Source: Parcubacteria group bacterium GW2011_GWA2_48_9
GTDB lineage: Bacteria > Patescibacteriota > Patescibacteriia > UBA10025
DNA: 64,000 bases
Direction: 5' to 3'
Assembly (NCBI GenBank): GCA_001003705.1
Contig: LCPQ01000001.1
Coordinates: 58,008-122,007, forward strand
A program made the position numbers and the translations under genes. The first letter of the stretch is position 1, and every line of letters begins with the position of its first letter. The notes beneath the pieces are model-generated. The model searched no databases and had not been told where the DNA came from. It saw nothing but the letters and a program-made list of their open reading frames with translations. Below are positions 50,789 through 61,336 of the stretch, one piece after another.

Positions 50789-51478
50789 TTACGAAGTATC
50801 AAGTGCGGAGAAAATCTTATACGCCTCAATCATTCGTTTGACGAGGACGTACACAGTCAGTGCGCAGACAGTGAACAAGCTTACCCAGAAGAATACCGTC
50901 AGCTCATCATACTGCACATACCGCGTGCACAGGCAGACTACAATGACAGCGACGTGAAATCCTGCTCGAGTAAGCGGCCTCTGTTGCTTCTTAAACGTGT
51001 GACCATGCTTTTCAAGGGTTGCGCGCAGGTAGCTCGAAATAATATGAGATCCCAGCGCAATCACGAGCCCGAAGACCAGCACTCGTTCTTCGAAGCCGTC
51101 AGCAGGATACATGCGGATCGTCCTCATGATGAGGCCAGTAAAAATAAAAAGATCCGCAATCCTGTCAATGAGTCCGTCGAGGATATAGCCCATCTGTTTG
51201 AGGTACATCTTCCTCGATCCTGAGGCGTCGAGCAGTCGGGCAAGCTCTCCGTCGACGACATCGCAGATGCCATTTGCTGCAAGAAGTAGGACAGCTGCCC
51301 ACCATGATCCCATCCAGAGTGCATACCCGACACCCAGGGCAAATACAGCGCTGAACCCTGTTACCCAGTTCGGATCGATCCGAAGACGCTCGAGAACTGT
51401 GACGACTGGATGCAAAATCCATGCCGCACCGCGATGGAGAACTGTAGATCGCAATACAACCTTCGTAGATTGTGTCAT
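50789..51478 (-). CDS. CDP-alcohol phosphatidyltransferase family protein
   Basis: PNWVT and DVVDGELAR...GYILDGLIDR signature. Confidence 0.9.
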   Translation of the reverse strand: MTQSTKVVLRSTVLHRGAAWILHPVVTVLERLRIDPNWVTGFSAVFALGVGYALWMGSWWAAVLLLAANGICDVVDGELARLLDASGSRKMYLKQMGYILDGLIDRIADLFIFTGLIMRTIRMYPADGFEERVLVFGLVIALGSHIISSYLRATLEKHGHTFKKQQRPLTRAGFHVAVIVVCLCTRYVQYDELTVFFWVSLFTVCALTVYVLVKRMIEAYKIFSALDTS

Positions 51479-51577
51479 GACTACTACCCCCTAGTAAAGT
51501 GTGCTGTTTCAGTTATTTATAACACCCTACACCATACCCAAAAAACGCACAAGCGAGGTTGCCCGCCATTGTATCAG

Positions 51578-52363
51578 CTAAGTAAGCGATTCTATTAACT
51601 TACCGATAAAGAAAGCTACCGATGACGCTATAACGCCGACGAGGAGCATCTCTGCGCCAGACCGTAACCACGACTTCTGGTTTAATCTTGACCGGAATGC
51701 ACCTGCCACAAAGAGGGTTGCCCCAGATAAAACAATTGAGAGAGTAAATTTGCCGTCCTTGACTAGCGGAAAAATAAACGGTATGAGTGGAGCCAGCCCG
51801 GCAATAAGGAACGAAATGAACGTCGCCAGGGCATGTCGTGCCGGTGAACCGTCCCCCTCATCAACGATCCCCAAATGCTCTCGCATCATGAGCCTCAACC
51901 ATCCTTGCTGATTCGAGCTCACTACTTCAACTGCCCTCTCGAGATCCGCGCCGCTAAAGCCGTATTTGGAGAGAATTTCGTTTGTCTCATCAATTTCCCG
52001 TTCACGGTGGTGCCTCAGCTCCCACGCTTCGCGTTCCTTCTGCGCATTTTGGTAGCCCTGCTCCGACTTTTTACCGAGATAGTTTCCCAGCGCCATCGAA
52101 ACACCGTCAGCCATCAGGTTTGCAAACCCTAGAATTAGAACTATCGTTGGCGAAAGGCCACCCCCGATCGATCCAGCAACTATGGCAAACGTAGTAACAA
52201 TGCCGTCACTTGCGCCAAAAACAGCGTCACCAATATACCTACCTCCGGTACGTTGATGAAAAGATTCTTCCAGTTCCTGCATGGAAAATCTCCCCTTGCG
52301 ACGAAGGTCCTGTTCTGTTTTCGCGTACTCACGCGATAGCACTTTTTCTTGCTCGAAATCCAT
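51578..52363 (-). CDS. VIT1/CCC1 family Fe/Mn transporter
   Basis: GASDGIVT, ADGVSMALGNYL motifs. Confidence 0.92.
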   Translation of the reverse strand: MDFEQEKVLSREYAKTEQDLRRKGRFSMQELEESFHQRTGGRYIGDAVFGASDGIVTTFAIVAGSIGGGLSPTIVLILGFANLMADGVSMALGNYLGKKSEQGYQNAQKEREAWELRHHREREIDETNEILSKYGFSGADLERAVEVVSSNQQGWLRLMMREHLGIVDEGDGSPARHALATFISFLIAGLAPLIPFIFPLVKDGKFTLSIVLSGATLFVAGAFRSRLNQKSWLRSGAEMLLVGVIASSVAFFIGKLIESLT

Positions 52364-52367
52364 TTTG

Positions 52368-53111
52368 TTAAGATGAAAGAAACTTATAAATACGGCTGTA
52401 GTGTCGTGTAAGAAATTCAGTGGACATGAGTGAATGTTCCTTGCCGCGCAACAGAACATAGGTGCAACCAATCTTTTTTGCGAAATGTTTGCCCGGCAGA
52501 TACGGCACGATCGGGTCATTTTTTTCATGCATGATCATGACCTTTTTTCCAGCTACCTTTGACGCATGCGCTACGGGATTATAAAACACTCCATTATACA
52601 GTTTTTTCACGTCGTGTTTCGAACAGCGATACCCTTCCCCGAAACTTTCTTTCGTAAGGCGGTAGAGCCAGTTAGCGGGCTCAGACTTCTTTTGTGCATT
52701 CCAGTCTACCACAGGGGCGAGGGCAAGGACTTTTGTTACAGACGGGTGGGTTGATGCTAATAGAGCTGCCGGACCGCCGAAGCTCGTGCCAATAAGGTAC
52801 ACCGAGCGGGGTTTTATTCTATACCTCCTACCGCTTATGGTATCCTTAAAACCCTTTTTTATGCCCTTAATAACGTCGAGAATGTCTAGGTGTGGTGATT
52901 TCCTTAAAAATTCACCCTTGCTTTCCCATGTGCCACGGTAGCGTGGGTGAAACGCCCAATATCCCTTTTTTGAAAGGAACTCAAGCTCATCTCGCTTGTT
53001 TGGTACTGTGGGCATACCTTGGCAAAGAATGATCACCTTATGTGACCTTCTTACTGGCGGTAAAAATTCTGCAACAATATCTTTTGCGAACCGCGTACGA
53101 AGTGGCCTCAT
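52368..53111 (-). CDS. Alpha/beta hydrolase
   Basis: YRGTWESKG, GTSFGG nucleophile elbow, D..V and H catalytic residues. Confidence 0.85.
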   Translation of the reverse strand: MRPLRTRFAKDIVAEFLPPVRRSHKVIILCQGMPTVPNKRDELEFLSKKGYWAFHPRYRGTWESKGEFLRKSPHLDILDVIKGIKKGFKDTISGRRYRIKPRSVYLIGTSFGGPAALLASTHPSVTKVLALAPVVDWNAQKKSEPANWLYRLTKESFGEGYRCSKHDVKKLYNGVFYNPVAHASKVAGKKVMIMHEKNDPIVPYLPGKHFAKKIGCTYVLLRGKEHSLMSTEFLTRHYSRIYKFLSS

Positions 53112-53136
53112 AGATGTAGTATAATAAAAAAAGTGG

Positions 53137-53826
53137 TCACTGAGAACGTTTTGTGACAATAAACTTCGGTAGAGTCACTGCGATGATTACAGCAAACATG
53201 GCAACGGCAAGATATATCAGCCTTACTCCTTCACTTACCTCGAGCAACTTCTGACCGTATGTCGTGAGTATCAAGCCAGTGGATAAAAAGCCAATAGAAA
53301 TGATCTTCAGAAACCTACGAAACGAAATTGTTGAAAGTCCGATAGCGAAGCTTGCAACGTCGACTGGAAAAGCCGGAAGGAGGTACACCAGCCACATCAT
53401 CAGTTCGTTTCTTCCGAGAAAAGCGTCATAGAGGGAGAGTTGCTCCTTTTTTACTAAACGTCCGACTATGGGGCGGCCAAATTTACGTGATATCCAAAAG
53501 GCGAGAGTTGATCCGATCATATTTCCAACCCACGCATAGAGTATACCCGGCCAAACGCCATAGAGAATCCCTAAGGCGATAACTACTACCCCGCCAGGTA
53601 TCGGTGCAATAACCGTTTCGGCGATAATGATGGCCATAACGACAAACGGACCACCGCCCCCGAACTGTGATGTCCAGGTCTCAACTTCATCCCTCCCAGG
53701 AAAGTATTTACCAAAAAAGGCAAAGGCGACCATCATAAGAAGAAAGAACCCTATGATGGCAACATCCGTACGCCAAAGTGCACGGTTACGTTTAAATGCG
53801 TTAGCAAAATTATGTAAAACACCCAT
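53137..53826 (-). CDS. TVP38/TMEM64 (VTT/DedA) family membrane protein
   Basis: APIPG, FWISRKFGR, P.FP.D motifs. Confidence 0.85.
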   Translation of the reverse strand: MGVLHNFANAFKRNRALWRTDVAIIGFFLLMMVAFAFFGKYFPGRDEVETWTSQFGGGGPFVVMAIIIAETVIAPIPGGVVVIALGILYGVWPGILYAWVGNMIGSTLAFWISRKFGRPIVGRLVKKEQLSLYDAFLGRNELMMWLVYLLPAFPVDVASFAIGLSTISFRRFLKIISIGFLSTGLILTTYGQKLLEVSEGVRLIYLAVAMFAVIIAVTLPKFIVTKRSQ

Positions 53827-53876
53827 GTGTCTATTGTAGCATGAGTCACCGTTCTTGAGATTAAGCAAAAGCACAA

Positions 53877-53904
53877 GGGGGCGCCACCTATCGGTGACAC
53901 CCCC
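53877..53904 (-). terminator. Hairpin downstream of dsbA
   Basis: GGGGGCGCCACC / GGTGACACCCCC inverted repeat. Confidence 0.55.
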
Positions 53905-53946
53905 ACGTACGCGTGCAAGGTTGTAGTAAGATTACTTCTTCAGCTA

Positions 53947-54738
53947 CTACTTTGCCAGCTCAGCATCAATAACCGAGGCAAACTGTTCGTACGGTACCGC
54001 TCCTGAGACGAGCGTCCCATTGACGAAGGTCGCGGGTGTTCCCTGTACGCCGTATTGGGTTCCTTGAGTTGTGTCGTCCTGTACTTTTGACTGGTATTTG
54101 CCTGAGTCGAGACAACCATCAAACTGGCTCTGGTTCAACCCGAGGCCCCCGGCAGCACTCTTAAAGTTTTCTATGCTTAACGTGCCGGCCGCATTCATCT
54201 CAAAAAGCTTATCATGCATCTCCCAAAACTTACCTTGCTCTGCCGCGCATTCAGAGGCCTCTGCAGCCTTCTGCGCCAAGGGATGAAGTGATGTCAAGGG
54301 AAAGTGCCGATAGATAAGCCGTACATCATCTCCATATGTGTCGAGAATCCGCTGCGTAGTTGGATTAACCTGTTCACAGAATGGGCACTGAAAATCTGAA
54401 TATTCCACTAATGTGACTTTCGCGTTTTCACCGCCGCGAATATAATCATCGTCGCGAATAGGAATGTCGACCACTGTTGGAGCAGCTGTGGGCGCAGCGG
54501 CAGTCGGGGCAGTATTTGTTGGGGCAACAGTGTTTGTAGTCGTCCCTGCAACTTTCCCGGTGTTTGAATTCTTAGAACCTACGCTGCCTCCCGTCCGAAG
54601 CATGGAGAAAGTCAGCATAAAACCTATGAAACTGATTGCGGCTATCCCTGAAACAAGTCCGAAGTAGAAGGTCATTTTCGATGAACCCTGGAATAAACCT
54701 TGTTCCGATTCTTGTGGCTGCGTACGTTCATGGTCCAT
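53947..54738 (-). CDS. Membrane-anchored DsbA family thiol-disulfide oxidoreductase
   Basis: EYSDFQCPFC, RHFPL, GVQGTP motifs. Confidence 0.92.
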   Translation of the reverse strand: MDHERTQPQESEQGLFQGSSKMTFYFGLVSGIAAISFIGFMLTFSMLRTGGSVGSKNSNTGKVAGTTTNTVAPTNTAPTAAAPTAAPTVVDIPIRDDDYIRGGENAKVTLVEYSDFQCPFCEQVNPTTQRILDTYGDDVRLIYRHFPLTSLHPLAQKAAEASECAAEQGKFWEMHDKLFEMNAAGTLSIENFKSAAGGLGLNQSQFDGCLDSGKYQSKVQDDTTQGTQYGVQGTPATFVNGTLVSGAVPYEQFASVIDAELAK

Positions 54739-54785
54739 ATTGGCATGCCTGAGGTTAATGGGTAAGATTAGGTAAATACTAAATA

Positions 54786-54823
54786 TCTACTACACATTGT
54801 AGTAGAACTGTAGGATCAGTCAA
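54786..54823 (-). promoter_or_regulatory. BlaI-type operator TCTACTACA-CAT-TGTAGTAGA over the -10 of a dsbA promoter
   Basis: Perfect 9-3-9 palindrome 54786-54806; TTGACT-N16-TACAAT on the minus strand. Confidence 0.75.
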
Positions 54824-54845
54824 GAAAGTTATACACACCCTAAAA

Positions 54846-57053
54846 TTATTTCCATCTCTTAAGAAGAAGGGAGTTTGCGACCACGGATACACTTGAGAGA
54901 GCCATAGCCGCACCGGCAATCTCAGGACGGAGTTGCCATCCAAAAATAGGGTAGAAAATTCCGGCAGCAATGGGAATCCCGGCAATATTGTAGATGAGCG
55001 CCCAAAAAAGGTTCTGAACTATCTTTCGGAAGGTTCTTCGTGAAAGTGTGATGGCATGGACAACGTCGCGAAGATCGTTCTTGACCAGCACGATTTGCCC
55101 GGTCTCGAGGGCCACATCTGTCCCCGACCCAATGGCGATCCCAAGATCTGCTGTCGCAAGCGCCGGAGCGTCGTTGATGCCATCGCCGACGAAAGCAACT
55201 CTTTTTCCCCGTCCCTGCAGCTTCTTCACTTCATTTGCTTTGTCTTCCGGGAGGACTTCCGCGAGAATATAGCTGATGCCGATTTGTCCGGCTACCGCAT
55301 TGGCGGTGCGCTGGTTATCTCCTGTAATCATGGCAGTATGAATACCGAGCTTTTCAAGACTGCTGATCGCATCCGAAGCGTTGTCTTTCACCGTGTCGGC
55401 CACAGCAATCAATCCTGCCGCAGCATTTCCGATCCCGATGATCATGACGGTCTTGCCTTCATGCTCGAGACGTTCGAGGTCAGCATCAAGCTGCATAATA
55501 TCGATATGCTCTCGATCGAAGAGTCGCCGGTTTCCTAGCATCACCCTCTGGCCGTCAATGTTGCCGACTACCCCATGGCCCGGTACTGCAGTAAAGTACT
55601 CGACCTCAGATAGGGTAAGCGCATCCTGTGCGGCGCGTGTAACGATCGCTTCTGCCAAAGGATGTTCTGATCGCTTCTCGACTGATGCAGCATACATCAA
55701 TAGTGTGTGTTCATCTACCCCAGATGCCGTCACAATATTAGTCACGACTGGCTTGCCATTCGTCAATGTACCGGTCTTGTCGAACATAACAATATCGATC
55801 CTCCGCGCAGCTTCAAGCGCCTCGCCTCCTTTAATTAAAATACCCTTGGAGGCGCCTATGCCCGTGCCGGTGATGATTGCAGTGGGTGTAGCAAGGCCAA
55901 GGGCACAGGGGCAGGCGATAACCAAAACTGCGACAAATGCGAGCAAGCTTGGGACAAAAGGTTGGAGCGCAATAAAGTACCACGCAATAAACGTGATAAG
56001 TGCAATAGCAATGACGGCGGGAACAAAGTACGCCGAAACTCTGTCAGCAAACCGTTGAATGGGCGCTTTAGACGCTTGAGCATCTTCGACAAGTTTAATG
56101 ATGCCTGCAAGTAACGTGTCTTTACCAACTTTTGTGGCCTTAAAAATGAATGTTCCGTGTTTGTTGATCGTCCCGCCTATGACAACAGATTCAACGATCT
56201 TTTCGGTGGGGATGCTCTCACCTGTTACCATTGATTCATCAACTGATGAGGCTCCTTCTTCGACGACGCCGTCAACGGGGATTTTTGTACCAGGCTTGAC
56301 GCGAATTCGGTCACCGACGACAACATCGTTCAGGGAAATCTCAATCTCGCTGTTCCCACGAACCACGATAGCTGTCTTCGGGGCCAAGCCCATCAGCTTT
56401 TTGATCGCTTCTCCTGTTTTGCCCTTTGCCCGCGCTTCGAGCCATTTACCCAACAGAACAAACGCGATGAGAATACTGCCGATCTCAAAGTATACTTCTC
56501 CCGCCACAAGGCCGAGGACTACGATGATCGAATACACATACGCAGTTGATGTACCAATCGCAATGAGAGAATCCATGTTAGCCGTTCGGGCTTTCAGAGC
56601 GCCCCAGAAACCCCGATAAAATTGCCATCCCGCCCAAAACTGTATTGGCGTAGCAAAGAGAAACTGCAGCCATTCGCGATACGGAACGCTTTCAATAACT
56701 GGAAAAACTCGCATGCCCATGCTCAATACAAGGACAGGAAGTGAGAGCGCCACGCTTATGGCGAATTTACTTTTCAACTTTCGTATTTCATTCCTCCGGC
56801 TTTCTTCCTCACTTTGGCGAGATTCGTCGTTTTCCTTCAGCTCTTTCGCCCCATAGCCTACGGCTTCGACTCCTTTTACAAGGGCGCTGATGTTGGTAAT
56901 GGAAGAATCATACACCACATGCGCTCGTTCCGTACCGTAATTCACTGAGGTTTGCTGGACACCACTGACACGTTTCAACCCACGTTCAATTAGCTGAGCG
57001 CAGCTTGCGCAATGCATTCCAGATACTGACAATAGTACGTTCTGATCGGCCAT
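54846..57053 (-). CDS. copA: Copper-translocating P1B-type ATPase
   Basis: GMHCASC, TGES, CPCALGL, DKTGT, SEHPL, GDGINDAP, YN..GIP, MALSS motifs. Confidence 0.95.
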   Translation of the reverse strand: MADQNVLLSVSGMHCASCAQLIERGLKRVSGVQQTSVNYGTERAHVVYDSSITNISALVKGVEAVGYGAKELKENDESRQSEEESRRNEIRKLKSKFAISVALSLPVLVLSMGMRVFPVIESVPYREWLQFLFATPIQFWAGWQFYRGFWGALKARTANMDSLIAIGTSTAYVYSIIVVLGLVAGEVYFEIGSILIAFVLLGKWLEARAKGKTGEAIKKLMGLAPKTAIVVRGNSEIEISLNDVVVGDRIRVKPGTKIPVDGVVEEGASSVDESMVTGESIPTEKIVESVVIGGTINKHGTFIFKATKVGKDTLLAGIIKLVEDAQASKAPIQRFADRVSAYFVPAVIAIALITFIAWYFIALQPFVPSLLAFVAVLVIACPCALGLATPTAIITGTGIGASKGILIKGGEALEAARRIDIVMFDKTGTLTNGKPVVTNIVTASGVDEHTLLMYAASVEKRSEHPLAEAIVTRAAQDALTLSEVEYFTAVPGHGVVGNIDGQRVMLGNRRLFDREHIDIMQLDADLERLEHEGKTVMIIGIGNAAAGLIAVADTVKDNASDAISSLEKLGIHTAMITGDNQRTANAVAGQIGISYILAEVLPEDKANEVKKLQGRGKRVAFVGDGINDAPALATADLGIAIGSGTDVALETGQIVLVKNDLRDVVHAITLSRRTFRKIVQNLFWALIYNIAGIPIAAGIFYPIFGWQLRPEIAGAAMALSSVSVVANSLLLKRWK

Positions 57054-57077
57054 AAAGAATATGCAGTAAGCTAATCG

Positions 57078-57449
57078 TTATTCGACCACAATCTTCCCCT
57101 GATACATCCCCATATCGCATGTAAAAGGGATTTCCCCTGTTTCGGTAGGAGTAAACTCAACATCAGTCATGCCAAATGCCTTGAGATCCTTCCGAATCTT
57201 CATCCCCTCAAAGGTAACATACCGCGAACAATCCGCATGTTCTTGGCGGTTAAAGTGAAGGCGTACGGGAATCCCCGCTTTTACCGTAATGATGTTTGGA
57301 TCGTATGCCCCTTTTACTAAGATGGTGATTTCTTGTACACCGCTATTCATTTCCGCTTTTTCCTGCTTCCTTTGGAACCGGAGCCAAAGAAAAAAAATTC
57401 CGAAAATACCCGCTGTAAGGACGATGCCGATAACTTGACGTGAATCCAT
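57078..57449 (-). CDS. Membrane-anchored cupredoxin-domain protein (CupA-like)
   Basis: N-terminal TM, C..., FTCDMGM motif. Confidence 0.85.
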   Translation of the reverse strand: MDSRQVIGIVLTAGIFGIFFLWLRFQRKQEKAEMNSGVQEITILVKGAYDPNIITVKAGIPVRLHFNRQEHADCSRYVTFEGMKIRKDLKAFGMTDVEFTPTETGEIPFTCDMGMYQGKIVVE

Positions 57450-57492
57450 GGCCGTCTTATGAAACTATAATCAACCTTCGCATGTTCAGGTG

Positions 57493-57930
57493 TTAAATGA
57501 CATTAATCGTACCCCGAAACATCCCCATAGAGCATTGAAAAACAATGGAACCCTTCTCCTGTGCAACGAATTCAACCGTATCTTCTCCTGTTGTTTGTAG
57601 ATTCTTAGTTATTCCAAGCTTTGGAATTGTGAACGACCGCGCGCATCCGTAGGTATTGTTTGTCACTAATTTCATTCGTACCCTCTGTCCTTGCTTAACA
57701 GTCACTTGGGAGGGAGAATATCCATTTGAAGCAACGTTGATGGTTACAGAGTCGGAAACGACGTCAACATCTTGATCTGTATCCCCCTGGTCTACGGTGG
57801 CATCTGCATTCAGGCCGCTCCCTAACCTCCACGCTATTCCGCCGCCGATGACGATGACCAGGCCGACAATAATCATTATATTAGTAAAAGACTTACTATC
57901 ATCCGACTGTTTGCTATTTTGTCGTTTCAT
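57493..57930 (-). CDS. Membrane-anchored cupredoxin-domain protein
   Basis: N-terminal TM, GYSP, GCAR, FQCSMGM motifs. Confidence 0.85.
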   Translation of the reverse strand: MKRQNSKQSDDSKSFTNIMIIVGLVIVIGGGIAWRLGSGLNADATVDQGDTDQDVDVVSDSVTINVASNGYSPSQVTVKQGQRVRMKLVTNNTYGCARSFTIPKLGITKNLQTTGEDTVEFVAQEKGSIVFQCSMGMFRGTINVI

Positions 57931-57952
57931 ACTATAAGTACAAAATTAATTA

Positions 57953-58708
57953 TTACTTACTAAACCAGGATTCCGGCTGAAAATCATTGAGCGCACGGTT
58001 GATATACACATTTGTCAAATACAGTTGATTCGTTATCATGAGAACTCCAATCAGCATCAAGAGTGCTGCGCTGACCATCGTGACCATTCTATGGTGCTTT
58101 TTAATAAACTGAGTGGCTTCGATTATTCTGCTGTAAAAAAGGGTAAACGTGAGAAGGGCAACTGCAAGACCAAGCGAGTAGAGGCTGAAATACGCGATAC
58201 CGCTGCCAATATTCCCTGTCTGACTTACCAGCGCTACGACACCGAGGAGAAAGGGACCGATGCATGGAGTCCAGACAAAAGCGAACGTGGCACCAAAAAA
58301 CAGGTTTCCGATAAACGTGCGCTGGTGTGGCTTCCAGTGAATCCGAGCTTCGCCGTTCATCCAGCGGAGAAATGATAGCGGATAAACAAAATTGAGTCCA
58401 AGGAGAAATACTACAGCCCCAGCAACTACTGCTATGATCTCCCGTGCGCTACCAATCGCCTCCGCAGCAACACCGATAAGCGCACCCAATGGAATAAAGA
58501 TAAGAAAAAATCCGAGAACGAAACCAGTGGCATTTGAAAGAATTTGGCGGCGGAAAGTATGACTGTCATCGGTAGTTCGCAATTCCTCGGTACTCAACCC
58601 AGTAATGGTGGTGAGATACGCGGGGAGCAAAACGACGACGCAGGGAGAAATGATTGAAAGAACACCGTAGAAAAACGAAAAGAAAAATGGTATAGTGCTA
58701 ATATCCAT
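57953..58708 (-). CDS. ccdA: CcdA (DsbD transmembrane domain) family protein
   Basis: SPCVVVLLPAYL and WTPCIGP motifs. Confidence 0.9.
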   Translation of the reverse strand: MDISTIPFFFSFFYGVLSIISPCVVVLLPAYLTTITGLSTEELRTTDDSHTFRRQILSNATGFVLGFFLIFIPLGALIGVAAEAIGSAREIIAVVAGAVVFLLGLNFVYPLSFLRWMNGEARIHWKPHQRTFIGNLFFGATFAFVWTPCIGPFLLGVVALVSQTGNIGSGIAYFSLYSLGLAVALLTFTLFYSRIIEATQFIKKHHRMVTMVSAALLMLIGVLMITNQLYLTNVYINRALNDFQPESWFSK

Positions 58709-58711
58709 GCG

Positions 58712-58924
58712 CTAGGAAACTAGTTCACGTGCCTCATATCCTGTCTTTCTGATTTGGTCAAAAATCTTCTCTCTCGTAATCTTTCCGGGGTCGAAGACAA
58801 TCTCGCCAGTGTTGTGCTGTTCGTTGATTTTCACCACTACGCCAATATCCTCGAGGTCCATGGTTATGAGCCGGCTACAAGATGCACAATGCATACCTGA
58901 AATAGTAATGTTCATTGTCTCCAT
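58712..58924 (-). CDS. Copper chaperone (HMA domain, CopZ-like)
   Basis: GMHCASC motif in about 70 aa. Confidence 0.88.
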   Translation of the reverse strand: METMNITISGMHCASCSRLITMDLEDIGVVVKINEQHNTGEIVFDPGKITREKIFDQIRKTGYEARELVS

Positions 58925-58929
58925 ATCAT

Positions 58930-59883
58930 CTATTGCAAAAACACCGATCTCGGTCCCCAAACCATAAGGAGTATCCCGGCAAGCACGACAGCAAAATTCA
59001 GTAAAGTATACGGCCAGAATCCATACGGGCGTACTTCCTGGCGCCCGTGTTTATGTTCCTTATATACCAGATAACTCATCCCAGCCAAAATCATCAGCGT
59101 CGCGACAAAAAAGATAGGCAGAAATATGGTGAGACGATCGGAGAACATCATCACCGCTGTCATTGCCCCCATAGTACCCCCCATCAAACCAGCCATCATA
59201 CCTTCCATGATACCCATAATTCCACAGCAGGCACCTACCCATCCGCCTACGCCCATACCTATGATCATGCCAAAAACCGATCCAACAAACATGCCATTAG
59301 TAGTTCCAATGACAATACCAAGGAGTAATCCGGAAATCATTCCGATAGTCATACCGATCATCATACCTGTCATACAAGACACGGCTCCGCGAAAAGCGCG
59401 CAAGTGCCTGATTGCCCCGCCGGTAGCCACCACGGCAATTATGAGATAACCGATATACTGACCGTAGTTTCCCCAGAATGATTCAACATTCCAGAAGAAA
59501 ACGAAGTAAGTAAAATATGCGAGAGCTGCGACAACCACAAGTGTCCCCAGAGTGGATTTAATCACATTCTTTTCAAATGTGTACGCGGCTGGATCTTTGA
59601 AAAAAGATTGTTTGACGCGTCGCACTCGCTCGGACAATGATTCCCCACTGTCCCGGTCTTGCACAGACGTCTCAGACGCACTATAACCGACATTGGCGAT
59701 AGCTTCACGTACCTTTGAGAAGGGTACAATTGCCGGGTCATAACGAAGCTCAACGCGCTCACTTGTATACCGAATATCCTCCACCTCAACACCTATCCGC
59801 CCGAGAGCTTTTGTAATAGTTTTCTCACATGCATCGCAATGCATCCCCTGTATCCAAATGTCTTTGACGATTGTTTCGGTCAT
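58930..59883 (-). CDS. HMA domain fused to a Met/Gly/Cys-rich membrane domain
   Basis: GMHCDAC N-terminus; TM region SCMTGMMIGMTIGM...CCGIMGIMEGMMAGLMGGTMGAM. Confidence 0.8.
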   Translation of the reverse strand: MTETIVKDIWIQGMHCDACEKTITKALGRIGVEVEDIRYTSERVELRYDPAIVPFSKVREAIANVGYSASETSVQDRDSGESLSERVRRVKQSFFKDPAAYTFEKNVIKSTLGTLVVVAALAYFTYFVFFWNVESFWGNYGQYIGYLIIAVVATGGAIRHLRAFRGAVSCMTGMMIGMTIGMISGLLLGIVIGTTNGMFVGSVFGMIIGMGVGGWVGACCGIMGIMEGMMAGLMGGTMGAMTAVMMFSDRLTIFLPIFFVATLMILAGMSYLVYKEHKHGRQEVRPYGFWPYTLLNFAVVLAGILLMVWGPRSVFLQ

Positions 59884-59894
59884 AGTTATTAAGT

Positions 59895-60938
59895 TTATTG
59901 AGCTTTTGACTGCACTTCCTCGCAGGTCGTCGCATGCCCCGAGGGGTCTGTTATGCATGTCTTATTTTCGGGCATATTTAAAAGAAGCTGCGGAATAATC
60001 CCTGGACATACGGTCGACTGGGACATAAGATGCGCCGCCGTACCATCGACCGGCATTTGTGGGGCAGCAGAGATGGAGTGGGAAAAAACTATTGAACCCA
60101 TAAAAAACAACAGAGCTACAAGTGGGATAATGACAGCGACCCGCGTATGTGGGTAAAACTGTCTATTAATAATTCGCTCAATACGGTCATTAATAGCGGA
60201 AAAAGCGGGGATGGTGGCTGGAATCATTGTTTCACGGACTTTCAACGCCTTTACGAGCGCCCTACCCAGAAAATGATCCGTGCCCTGTTGTCGAATAGCT
60301 GCTTCATCAGCAGAAATTTCCAATAACGTTTTAATATATTCAGCGAACTTCGCGATCCCAGGGATAAACCAGAATACCTTTGTAAAAAAATGTACAATGA
60401 GAAGTCGGCTAGTGTCCCGCTTTATGCAATGGTGTTCTTCATGCAGAAGAACTCCGAGAAGTTCGCCATCGTTGAGCATTTCTATCATACCCCTACTGAT
60501 ATAGATAGTCGGGTGCGAAAAACCGGCACTTACAACGTAAGAACGGGAATCATCAATTTCAAGGACTGGAAATCCTACCCGTTCAGTAATTTTCTGAAGT
60601 CTCATGCTCATGTTCTTACTAGTTTTAGAGCGGAGTGAACGAATATAATTTGCAGTCCGGATAAACGTCACAGCTAGTAAAATAACCGCCACGAAGAAAA
60701 ACACACTTACTGCACCCAACAGGGCAATATTGATTGAGCTCAATACGACGTCTTTGCCCGTCAATCCCGCTATAAGCTGGCTGCAGGCATGAACGAATTC
60801 AGCAAGTACAACACCAACAAACCCTGAAATATGAGGGATAAGGTTAAGTGCGAGCACGAGAGCGCCTAAGACAAGCCCAAGGCCGCTTAATGCAAAAAGA
60901 GAGAACTGCCGACCGCTTGTTTGATCAGATACGTTCAT
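59895..60938 (-). CDS. M56 family (BlaR1/MecR1-like) membrane metalloprotease lacking a penicillin-binding domain
   Basis: LLHEEHH...RD, EISAD, RIERI motifs; overlaps blaI-like gene. Confidence 0.85.
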   Translation of the reverse strand: MNVSDQTSGRQFSLFALSGLGLVLGALVLALNLIPHISGFVGVVLAEFVHACSQLIAGLTGKDVVLSSINIALLGAVSVFFFVAVILLAVTFIRTANYIRSLRSKTSKNMSMRLQKITERVGFPVLEIDDSRSYVVSAGFSHPTIYISRGMIEMLNDGELLGVLLHEEHHCIKRDTSRLLIVHFFTKVFWFIPGIAKFAEYIKTLLEISADEAAIRQQGTDHFLGRALVKALKVRETMIPATIPAFSAINDRIERIINRQFYPHTRVAVIIPLVALLFFMGSIVFSHSISAAPQMPVDGTAAHLMSQSTVCPGIIPQLLLNMPENKTCITDPSGHATTCEEVQSKAQ

Positions 60939-61317
60939 TGCTTTTCTCCCTAATTTTCTTTTCGAGAAGCTCGAGTTTTTTCGGGTCTACCTTATCAAGC
61001 GTCTTGACAAACTCAGCGATGGCCACATCACCACACTCGGATATAAGCTTCTTGATGATATCGCCGGAAGCACGAGAAAAAAAAGATTCGCGTTTTTGCG
61101 CCGCTGAGTACTCAAAAGCGCCAGTGTGATCCTTTCGATTCAAGAGTCGCTTCTCCGCGAGGCGGTACATAACCGTCATAACGGTGGTATATGCTATGTG
61201 TCGCTTCTTCCGAAGAATTTTCACAACATCGCGCACCGTAACGGTACCCCGCTCCCAGATAATTTCCATAATTTGTTTTTCAAGCTCTCCGAGTAGGTAG
61301 AATGAGTGTTTTGTCAT
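60925..61317 (-). CDS. BlaI/MecI/CopY family repressor
   Basis: LGELEKQIMEIIW, AYTTVMTVMYRL motifs; no C-terminal CxC. Confidence 0.93.
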   Translation of the reverse strand: MTKHSFYLLGELEKQIMEIIWERGTVTVRDVVKILRKKRHIAYTTVMTVMYRLAEKRLLNRKDHTGAFEYSAAQKRESFFSRASGDIIKKLISECGDVAIAEFVKTLDKVDPKKLELLEKKIREKSNERI

Positions 61318-61336
61318 AACTAGGGTGGATAATCTC

